Origin: Bacteroidales bacterium
GTDB lineage: Bacteria; Bacteroidota; Bacteroidia; Bacteroidales; VadinHA17
Assembly: GCA_017999895.1 (NCBI GenBank)
Contig: JAGNKY010000007.1
Span: forward strand, 71,285-135,284
Length of the DNA stretch: 64,000 bases
Direction: 5' to 3'
The first letter of the stretch is position 1. Every line of letters begins with the position of its first letter. This document shows positions 17,785-28,246 of this stretch, in pieces. Below the pieces are notes generated by a model. That model was given only the letters and a program-made list of their open reading frames with translations, was not told the DNA's origin and made no database searches. The position numbers and the translations under genes are program-made.

Positions 17785-19261
17785 AAAGTTTTCGCGCTAA
17801 TTCAACCGGAATTTCCCTGTCTCCCAGATACGCCACAACCTTTGCATCCCTATACCCGTTCCTTACAAGCAAATCAGCATATTCGGATGCACTTTTGAAA
17901 CTCAAAAATATACCCATTAAATAAATATTTTCCTTTTTCTCATTTACAAGAATGTCAAATTGTTTTCCTGCTGCGAGTTTTTTAATCTCTTCAATTCGCT
18001 CTTTTGGCAGTGGTTTTTGCGACCTGGCTATTTCTACCCGAAAAACAAGTGTAGGTGGAATCGTATCGCGCTCTACAATCTCCTCCTGCGAAATTTCAAA
18101 AAGTGGCTTTGAACCCCATTCTTTTTCAAGAATAGCAGCTTTATCCATCGAAACCTGCTTTCCGTCCATCAGCGCTACAATAAATGCATCTTTAAACCCC
18201 ATCGACTTTATTTTCAATAATGCTGTTGATGCATCAGATGCCTTACGGAAAATTCCGGCATAATATGTAGTCAGATCCGAACCTTCATTTCTGAAACCCT
18301 CAACCGGATACAAACCCTTAAAAAATGACGGCGAAACAGGGTTACGAAATATTCCAACCTGCACACGATAAACCAGACCTTTCGGAATAGCAGGATTTAT
18401 GGGAATATTGTAATTAGCCCTGGAATCAGGCTTTTCTATTATTTCAAATTGAGAAAATACTGGAACTTTACTTTCATCTTTTTTCACAGGTTCTTTCGGA
18501 GCGGCAAGAATAATTGCATAATCCTTTTTGGTTTCAGACTTAATATTATTTGCCTTATCGGTTTTCTTTTCTATCAAAAGCTCAGAAAGCATCGAATCAA
18601 CATCGACAGGAGCATACTCTTTTTCGTCTGCATCGAAAATATCATTATTTAATTCTGAATCTCCATTAGAAGGACTTTTTAAAACACTCTTTTCATTTTT
18701 AACTGTCTGAACAACAGATTCACTTAAACTAGCCTCGTTTAACCCTGTAACAATTTTGCCCTCTTTCCCCATTGATTGTTTTATAAAATAAGGCACATTC
18801 ATTTCTTTTGCAGTTTTTTTCCCTGCGAGCTCCGTGAACTTGTTATATGATAAAACGGCTTCGTCAAACATGCCACATAATTGTTGAGCTCTCCCAAGCC
18901 AAAACCATACATCGGACGGAACAGGTTTTATAGCTGCAGATGTTTCCGCAGCTTCTTTTAACAAATTTAAAGCTTTTTCAGGCTCTTTTTCAAGCTTTAC
19001 AAGGCAAACACCACAGTAATATTTATACAGCGGATCTTTTGGATATATTGAAAGAAGTTCAAGAAACTGTTTATAAGCTTGTTCATACTGCCCATTGTTG
19101 AAAACTTTTATTGCCGACTGCATAGAAGGCCTATCGCCAGACCCCTGTGAATAAATCCCATTGTTGTAAAATATCAATGAGATTATCACCATAAGCATTA
19201 TTCTGCTTCCGAGATAAAAAGAAGGTCTTATATCTGACCATCTTGATTGCATATAAAACAA
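17771..19261 (-). CDS. TPR plus SPOR-domain protein (peptidoglycan-binding)
   Basis: 496 aa. One N-terminal TM/signal segment, TPR-like helices, and two SPOR-like modules (YRVQVGIFRN..., FRVEIARSQKP...). Its 3' end overlaps the clpS start by 14 nt. Confidence 0.65.
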   Translation of the reverse strand: MFYMQSRWSDIRPSFYLGSRIMLMVIISLIFYNNGIYSQGSGDRPSMQSAIKVFNNGQYEQAYKQFLELLSIYPKDPLYKYYCGVCLVKLEKEPEKALNLLKEAAETSAAIKPVPSDVWFWLGRAQQLCGMFDEAVLSYNKFTELAGKKTAKEMNVPYFIKQSMGKEGKIVTGLNEASLSESVVQTVKNEKSVLKSPSNGDSELNNDIFDADEKEYAPVDVDSMLSELLIEKKTDKANNIKSETKKDYAIILAAPKEPVKKDESKVPVFSQFEIIEKPDSRANYNIPINPAIPKGLVYRVQVGIFRNPVSPSFFKGLYPVEGFRNEGSDLTTYYAGIFRKASDASTALLKIKSMGFKDAFIVALMDGKQVSMDKAAILEKEWGSKPLFEISQEEIVERDTIPPTLVFRVEIARSQKPLPKERIEEIKKLAAGKQFDILVNEKKENIYLMGIFLSFKSASEYADLLVRNGYRDAKVVAYLGDREIPVELARKLFEEY

Positions 19262-19506
19262 TTTTGTTTGATAATTATACCGGTTAAAAATTTTTACAGA
19301 TGATTTGTTGTTAATAATAATTCCATCCTTTTCTTTATTATCCGGTTCAAACTTCGTAATTTTACAGATAAATACAAAAATAACAAAAAAATCAATAATG
19401 TCTGAATATAATATTTTTGTGACTGTTAAATTATTATATTAAAGTAACTTATAAAATATATTTTTGCTTTAAATAATAATAACTATAATTTTATAAAAAA
19501 TATATA

Positions 19507-19544
19507 CCATGTCTATAGTCCCTTGTTTCCCATGTCTATTGTCC
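19507..19544 (+). repeat. two 15-nt direct repeats (ccatgtctatWgtcc) 23 bp apart, upstream of recA
   Basis: 19507-19521 ccatgtctatagtcc and 19530-19544 ccatgtctattgtcc, 14/15 identical, about 150-190 nt upstream of the recA ATG. Confidence 0.6.
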
Positions 19545-19588
19545 ATAAACGACATAGAGAGAGCCTGCCCCAATTTTTCAGGAGGAAG

Positions 19589-19654
19589 CAAGGGGGCGAG
19601 TTCATGGTTTAAAAAATAAAATTATTTTGATTTTAAACTATTATTTTAAGTTTC
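19589..19654 (+). repeat. copy B of the ~66-nt intergenic repeat
   Basis: See copy A (15187-15250). Located 40 nt upstream of the recA start codon. Confidence 0.65.
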
Positions 19655-19693
19655 CAGATATTGTTTTATAATAATGCAATAAAAATTAAAAAT

Positions 19694-20704
19694 ATGGATA
19701 ACAATAAGAAAGAATTAAACAGAGAAAAACTTAAAGCTCTGGAATTAACTATCGGTAAGATTGAAAAAGATTTTGGGAAAGGCACAATAATGAAACTTGG
19801 TGATCATGCAGTCGATAATGTTCAGGTTATTTCTACAGGTTCTATAGGACTCGACGCTGCGTTGGGGATAGGTGGCTTACCACGTGGCAGAATTATTGAG
19901 ATTTTCGGTCCCGAGGCCTCGGGCAAAACCACGCTTGCTATTCATGCCATAGCCGAAGCCCAAAAAAACGGAGGAATAGCTGCAATAATAGATGCCGAGC
20001 ATGCCTTCGACAGAAATTATGCAGAAAAACTCGGGGTTGACGTCGAGAATCTTCTTATCTCACAACCCGACAACGGGGAACAGGCTCTCGAAATTGCCGA
20101 CCATCTGATACGTTCAGGTGCACTCGATATAATTGTGATTGATTCCGTTGCCGCACTTACTCCAAAGGCTGAAATAGAAGGCGAGATGGGCGATAGTAAG
20201 ATGGGGCTTCAGGCTCGTCTTATGTCGCAGGCTCTCAGAAAACTAACCGCCAACATAAGCAAAACAAACACAGCATGCATCTTTATCAATCAACTGCGTG
20301 AGAAAATCGGAGTTATGTTCGGTAACCCCGAAACGACAACAGGAGGCAACGCTCTTAAATTCTATGCTTCTGTAAGACTCGACATAAGGAAAGTAAACCA
20401 GATAAAAGAAGGTGAGGAAATAATTGGCAACCGCACAAGAGTTAAAGTGGTCAAGAATAAACTTGCCCCGCCTTTTAAAAAAGCCGACTTTGATATTCTT
20501 TACGGCGAGGGAATATCTCAGCTTGGAGAAATAGTGGACCTCGGCGTTGACTTCGACATCATCAAAAAAAGCGGCTCATGGTTCAGCTATGGCGAAACCA
20601 AACTTGGACAGGGACGCGACGCTGTAAAACAGGTAATAAAAGACAATCCTGAACTGTACGAGGAACTGAAGGCAAAAATCACTGAAGCTTTGAAAAAACA
20701 ATGA
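19694..20704 (+). CDS. recA: recombinase RecA
   Basis: Start [17 protein letters not shown] at 19694. Walker [10 protein letters not shown], and canonical blocks [17 protein letters not shown] and [36 protein letters not shown]. Confidence 0.97.
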   Translation: MDNNKKELNREKLKALELTIGKIEKDFGKGTIMKLGDHAVDNVQVISTGSIGLDAALGIGGLPRGRIIEIFGPEASGKTTLAIHAIAEAQKNGGIAAIIDAEHAFDRNYAEKLGVDVENLLISQPDNGEQALEIADHLIRSGALDIIVIDSVAALTPKAEIEGEMGDSKMGLQARLMSQALRKLTANISKTNTACIFINQLREKIGVMFGNPETTTGGNALKFYASVRLDIRKVNQIKEGEEIIGNRTRVKVVKNKLAPPFKKADFDILYGEGISQLGEIVDLGVDFDIIKKSGSWFSYGETKLGQGRDAVKQVIKDNPELYEELKAKITEALKKQ

Positions 20705-20841
20705 CTTTTGTAATTTATTTTTATTAAGCCGCAACCACGCAACGACTAATTAAATATTCTGCTTTGTGCCCTCAATAAAATTCTCAGGGTTCTCTGCTAT
20801 TAGCATTTCTTATGATTTTCATCCATCTTATTTTTAATAAT

Positions 20842-22896
20842 ATGAGAAATTTTTTGTCTGTAATATTTTTTACCTCACTGCTTATTATTGCATCTTCATG
20901 CAAACAGCAGACAGTCCCACAACAACAGTTAAGTGTACAACTCACTGAAGAAGAAAAATCAGGCGGTGTGTTAACTCCGGAGATATTATGGAAATTCAGC
21001 CGGCTTGGCTCATTTGCCCTTTCTCCCGACGGTAAATCTGTTGTCTATTCGATGACTCAATACGATTTGAATACAGAGGCACATACGACAAACTTATATA
21101 AAATATCCTCGACAGGCGGAACCCCAATACAATTGACCACAAATGGAGGCTTCGCACCACAATGGTTCGATAATGGCAAGAAAATAGCTTTCATCGGCAA
21201 TGGCAGGCTTACAGTCATGAATGCCGACGGTTCCGGACAGCAAATAGTGCAGGGATTAGATAACTTCAACATATTTAATGTCTCACCTGCGGGAGATAGA
21301 ATTTACTTTACCCGCCGTGTAAAACTCGATACTACCGCCAACGAGAAATACAATCTTCCAAAAGCTAATGTCAGAATAATTGATGATCTGATGTACCGCC
21401 ACTGGAGCTACTGGTCAGACTATTCATACAGCCATATCTTCGTAGCATCGTTCGACGGCAAAAAAATTACTGACGAAAAAGACATTATGCAGGATCAGCG
21501 TTTTGAATCGCCCCTCTCGCCCTATTTCGACGAAAATGAAATTGCATGGAGCCCCGACGGCAGATATATAGCTTATACAACCAAAAGATTGAAGGGAAAA
21601 GAAGATGCGATAAGCACGAATTCCGATATTTATCTTTATGATATCACAACCGGTAAAGAGGTGAATATCAGTGAAGGAATAATGGGATACGATAAATACC
21701 CTGTCTTTTCTCCCGACGGCTCAATGATAGCATGGCAGAGTATGGAGAGAGACGGCTATGAGTCCGACCTCCAACGACTTTTTGTGTACAACATAAAAGA
21801 TAGCACAAAGATATGGCTGACAAAAGGATGGGACTTTGATGTTGAAAATATATCATGGGCCGATGATAATAATACAATCTATTTTAACTGTGCGTATCTT
21901 GGAACTACACAAATATTCAAAACAGACCTTCAGAGCAAAGGTGTGACAAAAATAACAGAAGGTATTCATGACCTGGGTCCCATCAGCCAGCATGGAGGCA
22001 CAATGATCGCACAGGTTATGTCCATGTCGTTAGCGCCTGAATTAGCCCTGGTTGATATAAATTCAGGTAAGGTAACACAGATTACAAACCTAAATGCACA
22101 TTTATATGACAATATAAAAATGGGAAAAGTCGAAGAGAGATATATAAAAACAAAGGACAATAAAGACCTGCAGATGTGGGTTATTTATCCTCCTGATTTT
22201 AATCCATCGAATAAGTATCCACTTTTGCTTTACTGCAAAGGCGGTCCCCAGGGGCCTCTGGGACAAAGCTGGTCGTATAGGTGGAATTATCAGTTGATAT
22301 CAGCAAAAGGATACATTGTAGTTGCGCCAAACAGAAGAGGCAATTCAGGCTTTGGACAGGCATGGAAAGAACAAATTTCGGGCGATTATGGAGGGAAAAA
22401 CATACAGGACTATCTCGATGCCACCGATGCAATGGCAAAAGAACCCTTCGTGGATGCAAACCGAATGGGTGCAGTGGGTGCCAGTTATGGAGGATTTTCA
22501 GTGTTTTATCTCGCAGGAATGCATCAAAAACGATTTAAAGCTTTCGTATCACACTGCGGATTATTCAATTTCGAAAGCTGGTACGGCTCAACGGAAGAGC
22601 TCTGGTTCCCGAATAAAGATTTAGGAGGACCCTACTGGGAAAACCACTCAAGCTATAAATTCTCTCCGCATCTGATGGTCAAAAACTGGGACACACCAAT
22701 ACTTATCATTACAAGTGAGAATGATTTCAGAGTTCCTTATACCCAGAGCCTCGAAGCATTCACTGCAGCACAACTGATAGGCGTGCCAAGCAGACTTCTT
22801 TTCTACGGAGATGAATCACATTGGGTCACAAAGCCACAAAACTCAATTATCTGGCATAAAGAATTCTTTAACTGGCTCGATACTTATCTGAAATAA
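20842..22896 (+). CDS. S9-family serine peptidase (prolyl oligopeptidase / acylaminoacyl-peptidase-like) with N-terminal beta-propeller
   Basis: Likely start MRNFLSVIFF, giving a signal peptide. PD40-like repeats (SPDGK..., WSPDGRYIAY, FSPDGSMIAW). Catalytic GASYGGF, with later D and H (DESHW). Confidence 0.85.
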   Translation: MRNFLSVIFFTSLLIIASSCKQQTVPQQQLSVQLTEEEKSGGVLTPEILWKFSRLGSFALSPDGKSVVYSMTQYDLNTEAHTTNLYKISSTGGTPIQLTTNGGFAPQWFDNGKKIAFIGNGRLTVMNADGSGQQIVQGLDNFNIFNVSPAGDRIYFTRRVKLDTTANEKYNLPKANVRIIDDLMYRHWSYWSDYSYSHIFVASFDGKKITDEKDIMQDQRFESPLSPYFDENEIAWSPDGRYIAYTTKRLKGKEDAISTNSDIYLYDITTGKEVNISEGIMGYDKYPVFSPDGSMIAWQSMERDGYESDLQRLFVYNIKDSTKIWLTKGWDFDVENISWADDNNTIYFNCAYLGTTQIFKTDLQSKGVTKITEGIHDLGPISQHGGTMIAQVMSMSLAPELALVDINSGKVTQITNLNAHLYDNIKMGKVEERYIKTKDNKDLQMWVIYPPDFNPSNKYPLLLYCKGGPQGPLGQSWSYRWNYQLISAKGYIVVAPNRRGNSGFGQAWKEQISGDYGGKNIQDYLDATDAMAKEPFVDANRMGAVGASYGGFSVFYLAGMHQKRFKAFVSHCGLFNFESWYGSTEELWFPNKDLGGPYWENHSSYKFSPHLMVKNWDTPILIITSENDFRVPYTQSLEAFTAAQLIGVPSRLLFYGDESHWVTKPQNSIIWHKEFFNWLDTYLK

Positions 22897-22966
22897 GAAC
22901 AGCCTTGTGCTAAGCCGACCAAAGGACAGTGATTTTTCTTAATTTTGATGGCTTTATAATAGAACT

Positions 22967-23431
22967 ATGAAAGCCGAAGCCGGAAATATTGTCATTAAAA
23001 ATAAAAAGGCATCTCATGATTATGAGTTCCTCGAAAAATTCATTGCCGGAATAGCTCTTACAGGTACTGAAATTAAGTCTATACGTGAAGGTAAAGCTTC
23101 TCTTACCGACTCATACTGCGTGTTTCGCAACGGCGAGTTATATATAAAAGGAATGCATATAGCTGAATACCGCTGGGGTAATATCCGCAACCACGACCCT
23201 TTAAGGGAAAGAAAACTTCTTCTGAAATCGAGAGAGCTTCATAAGCTGGAGAAGAAAGTGAAAGAATCAGGGCTGACAATAATTGTCACAAAAGTCTTTA
23301 TCAATGAACGAGGCCTCGCAAAAGCAGAGATAGCCCTGGCAAGAGGCAAGAGGGAGTATGACAAACGTGAATCTCTTAAAAGAAAAGAGGCATCAATAGA
23401 GATGGAGCGCGAACGGAAAAAAATAAAATGA
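22967..23431 (+). CDS. smpB: SsrA-binding protein SmpB
   Basis: 154 aa. NKKASHDYEFLEKFIAGIALTGTEIKS...LLL and a basic C-terminal tail are typical SmpB features. Confidence 0.93.
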   Translation: MKAEAGNIVIKNKKASHDYEFLEKFIAGIALTGTEIKSIREGKASLTDSYCVFRNGELYIKGMHIAEYRWGNIRNHDPLRERKLLLKSRELHKLEKKVKESGLTIIVTKVFINERGLAKAEIALARGKREYDKRESLKRKEASIEMERERKKIK

Positions 23432-23496
23432 AAAACTCATTAATTTTTCCCTTAAACCAAATGGTTCAATTAAAAATAAATAAATCAGCTTTTAAA

Positions 23497-24216
23497 TCAA
23501 TAATTAGGACTGAGCAGATACCTCGAGTAAAATTTATCAATAAGATCAACAGCCTCATCGGAAGTGTCAACAAGTGTAAAAATATTTAGATCCTCGGGCG
23601 AAATATTATGTTCCTCTTCAAGCATTACTTCTTTAATCCATTTAATCAAACCTTCCCAATATTTTTTACCAACGAGCACAATTGGAAATTTACCTATTTT
23701 CTTTGTCTGAATCAAAGTCATTGCTTCGAATAATTCATCGAACGTACCAAAACCTCCGGGAAGAACAATAAATCCCTGCGCATATTTTGTGAACATAACT
23801 TTCCTGACGAAGAAATAGTCGAATGTTATAAGTTTATCAGGGTCAATGTATGGATTAGGTTTTTGTTCGAACGGTAAATCAATATTTATTCCAACTGATT
23901 TTCCTTTGCCCTTTCTGGCACCCTTATTGGCAGCCTCCATTATACCTGGTCCTCCGCCCGTTATAACTCCATAACCTTTTTGTGTCAGTTTATAAGCAAT
24001 ATCTTCGGCAAGTTTATAATATTTGTCATTGTAATGTGTTCGCGACGAGCCGAAAATGGAAACACAAGGCCCTATCCTTGCGAGTTTTTCGAAGCCTTCT
24101 ACAAATTCCGACAATATTTTTAACACTCTCCATGAATCGGTTACATGAATTTCCTGCCATGTTTTCTGTTCAAAAGCATCCTTAACAAGATCTGCCGGTT
24201 TCTCAATAGTTTCCAT
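23497..24216 (-). CDS. LOG-family (TIGR00730) nucleotide 5'-monophosphate nucleosidase
   Basis: 239 aa. GGGPGIMEAANKGA and PGGFGTFDELFE motifs. Confidence 0.85.
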   Translation of the reverse strand: METIEKPADLVKDAFEQKTWQEIHVTDSWRVLKILSEFVEGFEKLARIGPCVSIFGSSRTHYNDKYYKLAEDIAYKLTQKGYGVITGGGPGIMEAANKGARKGKGKSVGINIDLPFEQKPNPYIDPDKLITFDYFFVRKVMFTKYAQGFIVLPGGFGTFDELFEAMTLIQTKKIGKFPIVLVGKKYWEGLIKWIKEVMLEEEHNISPEDLNIFTLVDTSDEAVDLIDKFYSRYLLSPNY

Positions 24217-24255
24217 TTATTTTTAATTTAAAAGAGACCAAACTTACATAATAAT

Positions 24256-27078
24256 TTATAAATGCTCAAGCTCAGGTTTAAGAAATATGCCTGTATAACT
24301 TTCACTGCATTTGACTATTTCTTCCGGTGTGCCTGAAAAAACAACATAACCTCCGTCTTCACCTCCCTCCGGCCCAAGGTCGATGATATAATCAGCCATT
24401 TTGATTACATCCAAATTATGTTCGATAACTATTATTGTGTTTCCTTTGTCAATCAGTTTGTTAAGTACATCCATCAGCACTTTTACATCCTCAAAATGTA
24501 AACCCGTAGTTGGTTCATCGAAAATATAAAGAGTTTTTCCTGTATCACGCTTTGCAAGTTCTGTGGCAAGTTTTACTCTCTGAGACTCTCCGCCGGATAG
24601 TGTGGTTGATGGCTGGCCTATTTTTATATATCCCAGACCCACATCCTGGAGGGTTTTTAATTTATGATAAATATGCGGAACATTTTCGAAAAAAACAACA
24701 GATTCGTCAACCGTCATTTCAAGAACATCGCTTATTGTGCGGCCCTTGTATTTTACCTCCAGAGTCTCGTGGTTATACCTCTTGCCGTTGCATTCGTTGC
24801 AATGCACGTAAACATCAGGCAGGAAGTTCATTTCTATTGTCTTCACACCAGCTCCCTGGCAGCCTTCGCATCTTCCTCCTTTAACATTGAACGAGAATCT
24901 GCCCGGGCCAAATCCTCTTATTTTTGCTTCGGTAGTCTGTGCAAATAAATTCCGGATATCAGTAAAAACGCCCGTATATGTTGCAGGATTCGAACGTGGT
25001 GTCTTTCCAATAGGCGACTGATCAACTTCAATAACCTTGTCAATATTCTCAATACCAATTATTTCATTATAAGGAAGAGAAGTTTCCCTTGTGTTATGAT
25101 ATATCCTTGCGAGCGCTGGATGTAGCGTCTGGTTTACAAGTGTTGATTTCCCGCTTCCCGACACACCTGTTACACATATAAATGTACCCAGAGGGAAAGT
25201 AACATCGATGTTTTTCAGGTTATGCCCTGATGCACCTTTTATAAGAATATATTTCCCGTTTCCTTTTCTCCTTCCGATAGGCGGTTCTATCCGTCTCGAA
25301 TTGTTCAGGTAACTTGAAGTAAGCGTATTATATTTCAGGAATTCAGCAGGTGTACCCTGCCCTACTATCTCCCCACCAAGTAAACCAGCTCCGGGTCCAA
25401 CATCGATTATATAATCGGCCGACATTATCATTTCCCTGTCGTGCTCTACAACGACAACAGAATTCCCTGCATCTCTCAATTGTTTAAGAGAAGCTATCAG
25501 CTTTCTGTTATCCCGCTGATGAAGCCCAATGCTGGGTTCATCGAGGATATAAAGAACATTTACAAGTCTTGAGCCAATCTGTGTGGCAAGGCGTATCCTC
25601 TGGCTTTCTCCGCCAGAAAGTGTTCTTGCGCTTCTGTTGAGCGACAGGTAATCGAGGCCGACATCGAGCAGGAAGCTGAGGCGCGCTCTTAGCTCTTTCA
25701 ATATCTCGGAAGCAATCTTCTTCTGTCGTTCACTCATCGTATCTTCAACAGTTTCAAGGAATGAAAAGAGTTCCTTTATATCCATTGCCGACAACTCAGC
25801 TATGTTTTTATTTCCTATCCTGAACCAGAGAGCTTCCTTTTTCAGCCTTGTCCCTCCACATTCAGGACAAGTTTTATATTGTATGTAATATTCCTTTCCT
25901 TTTGTTCCGTTATTTCTGCCGTTTATTGCTTCGAGGTTATTAAGGAAACTTATCACTCCTTCGAATGTAAGTAAGTAATTTGAGGTAAGTCCGAGAGGTG
26001 TGTTCGAAAGTTTTATCACTTCATCGGAACCGTAAAGAATCTTGTTGAGAGCTTCATCCGGAATCTCGCTTATCGGAGTATCGAGGGTAAATCCGTTTTT
26101 TTCGGCAATTGCTTCGATCTGCCAGAAAATCCAGGTGTTTTTGTATTTTCCAAGAGGTTCGATTCCTCCTTTTCTAATGCTTAGTGATTTGTCGGGGATT
26201 AGTTTGTTTATATCTATCTCCGAAATCTCTCCGAGCCCGTTACATACCGGACATGCGCCCTGTGGCGAGTTGAATGAGAATGTGTGAGGGGCAGGCTCAT
26301 TATATGATATACCTGTCACCGGGCACATTAGATGACGGCTAAAATATCGTATTTCACCTGTTTCTTCATCAAGTACCATCATCACCCCATCGCCCTGGTC
26401 GAGCGCAAGAAGCACGGAATCTTTCAGACGTTTATCCGACACACTGCCGACCTTGAACTTATCAATGACTATTTCGATAAAATGAGTTTTATAACGATCG
26501 AGTTTCATGCCCGGAGTGATGTCTCTTATTTCGCCGTTGATTCTCACACTCAGGAATCCCTTAAGCCTTAGCCGCTCGAAGAGCTCACGGTAATGTCCTT
26601 TCCTGCCGCGTACTACAGGTGCAAGAATAAATATCTTCTTATCTTTAAAACTCGATTTTACAAGCTCGAAAATCTGGTCATCGGTATAATGCACCATCTT
26701 TTCTCCCGAAGCATAAGAATATGCATCGGCTGCACGCGCATAGAGAAGACGGAGAAAGTCGTAAATTTCCGTTATCGTTCCGACAGTTGACCGTGGATTC
26801 TTATTTGTTGTTCTCTGATCGATAGAAATAACAGGACTTAAGCCTGTAATTCTGTCCACATCAGGCCGTTCCATGCCGCCAAGAAACTGTCGGGCATAGG
26901 CTGACAGCGTCTCCATATAACGTCTCTGGCCCTCGGCATAGATAGTGTCGAATGCAAGGGATGACTTCCCACTGCCGCTCAAACCCGTTATTACAACAAA
27001 TTTGTTGCGCGGTATTGTGACGTCAATGTTTTTAAGATTATGAACCCTTGCACCTAAAACTGTCAGTCTGTTATCCAT
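24256..27078 (-). CDS. uvrA: excinuclease ABC subunit UvrA
   Basis: About 940 aa. Two ABC modules ([24 protein letters not shown]), zinc-finger Cys clusters, and LSGGESQR signatures twice. Start taken at [18 protein letters not shown]. Confidence 0.97.
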   Translation of the reverse strand: MDNRLTVLGARVHNLKNIDVTIPRNKFVVITGLSGSGKSSLAFDTIYAEGQRRYMETLSAYARQFLGGMERPDVDRITGLSPVISIDQRTTNKNPRSTVGTITEIYDFLRLLYARAADAYSYASGEKMVHYTDDQIFELVKSSFKDKKIFILAPVVRGRKGHYRELFERLRLKGFLSVRINGEIRDITPGMKLDRYKTHFIEIVIDKFKVGSVSDKRLKDSVLLALDQGDGVMMVLDEETGEIRYFSRHLMCPVTGISYNEPAPHTFSFNSPQGACPVCNGLGEISEIDINKLIPDKSLSIRKGGIEPLGKYKNTWIFWQIEAIAEKNGFTLDTPISEIPDEALNKILYGSDEVIKLSNTPLGLTSNYLLTFEGVISFLNNLEAINGRNNGTKGKEYYIQYKTCPECGGTRLKKEALWFRIGNKNIAELSAMDIKELFSFLETVEDTMSERQKKIASEILKELRARLSFLLDVGLDYLSLNRSARTLSGGESQRIRLATQIGSRLVNVLYILDEPSIGLHQRDNRKLIASLKQLRDAGNSVVVVEHDREMIMSADYIIDVGPGAGLLGGEIVGQGTPAEFLKYNTLTSSYLNNSRRIEPPIGRRKGNGKYILIKGASGHNLKNIDVTFPLGTFICVTGVSGSGKSTLVNQTLHPALARIYHNTRETSLPYNEIIGIENIDKVIEVDQSPIGKTPRSNPATYTGVFTDIRNLFAQTTEAKIRGFGPGRFSFNVKGGRCEGCQGAGVKTIEMNFLPDVYVHCNECNGKRYNHETLEVKYKGRTISDVLEMTVDESVVFFENVPHIYHKLKTLQDVGLGYIKIGQPSTTLSGGESQRVKLATELAKRDTGKTLYIFDEPTTGLHFEDVKVLMDVLNKLIDKGNTIIVIEHNLDVIKMADYIIDLGPEGGEDGGYVVFSGTPEEIVKCSESYTGIFLKPELEHL

Positions 27079-27104
27079 AAACACATAAAATAGCTTAAAA
27101 AGCT

Positions 27105-28046
27105 TTAATCATTCAAACTTGTCACTGAAATTTCATCGGGTATGTGGATAATATAAGTCTTATTCGAGCGTCGGGAAAGATAAGGTTTCCGGAGCCATGG
27201 ATTATAAAACTTAAGCAATTTGTAATTCGTACCGAAGGAAGCGGCAAACGCTGCAAAATCAGTCACAGCAGTATCAACCTTCACTTCCTGATAGCGAAGG
27301 GGCACATAGAGATCATCGGCGCCTATGCTAAATCCGTATGCCTCAGGATTCGAAAGAATCAGTTTATAGGCTACGACTCTGAAAATATATCTGGCAGTTT
27401 CTTCGGATAGAAGTAGGTTGTAGTAATTGTTTTGTTTCTGTAAAGCAATCTGCTGGTCTATGGCGTTTCTTCCGCCGTTGTATGATGCTGCGGCAAGTGT
27501 CCAGCTTCTGTATTTTTCGAACGATTTTCTGAAGTAACTACAAGCAACTTCAGTTGATTTTTCGAGATTGTATCTCTCATCAACTTCGTTGTTTATCTCG
27601 AGCCCGTATTCCCTTCCTGTAGCTGGCATTATCTGCCAGAAACCGACAGCACCGGCAGGTGAAACCATGTTGCTTAGTTCGCTCTCAGCAACTGCAGCAT
27701 ATTTGAAATCGTCAGGTATGTTGTTTTCTTTCAGTATCTTTTCGATAACAGGGAAGTATCTATTAGCGCGTTTGATAATCATTATGGTGGAGCCGTGACG
27801 ATATGCGGTCATAATAACTTCTCTGTCGAGGCTTTCGCGCGTATCGAAATTTTCCATTGGAAGTCTTTCTCCGGCAAAATCTATTGTATCGGGCAGCCTG
27901 AAAGTACCTGAAACCGGAATTTCGGAAACCGTTTTTAAAGGCTTCGGACTTTCATCTTTTAGAAAACCAGAAAACAGGATTATCATTGTCACCACAATTA
28001 ACGAGGTGATAATAATTGTATATCGAGGCCTTTTTGGATTTTTCAT
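27105..28046 (-). CDS. lytic transglycosylase (SLT domain) protein
   Basis: N-terminal TM anchor. SLT catalytic block AVAESELSNMVSPAGAVGFWQIMPATG. Start taken at MKNPKRPRY. Confidence 0.8.
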   Translation of the reverse strand: MKNPKRPRYTIIITSLIVVTMIILFSGFLKDESPKPLKTVSEIPVSGTFRLPDTIDFAGERLPMENFDTRESLDREVIMTAYRHGSTIMIIKRANRYFPVIEKILKENNIPDDFKYAAVAESELSNMVSPAGAVGFWQIMPATGREYGLEINNEVDERYNLEKSTEVACSYFRKSFEKYRSWTLAAASYNGGRNAIDQQIALQKQNNYYNLLLSEETARYIFRVVAYKLILSNPEAYGFSIGADDLYVPLRYQEVKVDTAVTDFAAFAASFGTNYKLLKFYNPWLRKPYLSRRSNKTYIIHIPDEISVTSLND

Positions 28047-28167
28047 CGTCAACCATTTTAAAATAAACTGCAAAGGTACAACTTTTATGTCTGATAGAGT
28101 AATAAACCTTTAACCGGTTTTATATGACCTGGCTTTGTTTTCAGACAATTATTTGAAGAAAGTCTTT

Positions 28168-28239
28168 ATATTTCACCACGGGGAGCACCGATTAACACGG
28201 ATTCCCCTGTGCCAATCCGTGAATTCCGTGGTGAAATAT
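28168..28239. repeat. nested inverted-repeat (REP-like) element
   Basis: Outer 14-bp arms atatttcaccacgg / ccgtggtgaaatat (28168-28181, 28226-28239). Inner 8-bp arms cacggatt / aatccgtg (28196-28203, 28214-28221). Lies between the stop of the 28247 gene and the start of the transglycosylase gene. Confidence 0.75.
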
Positions 28240-28246
28240 TATAGAT

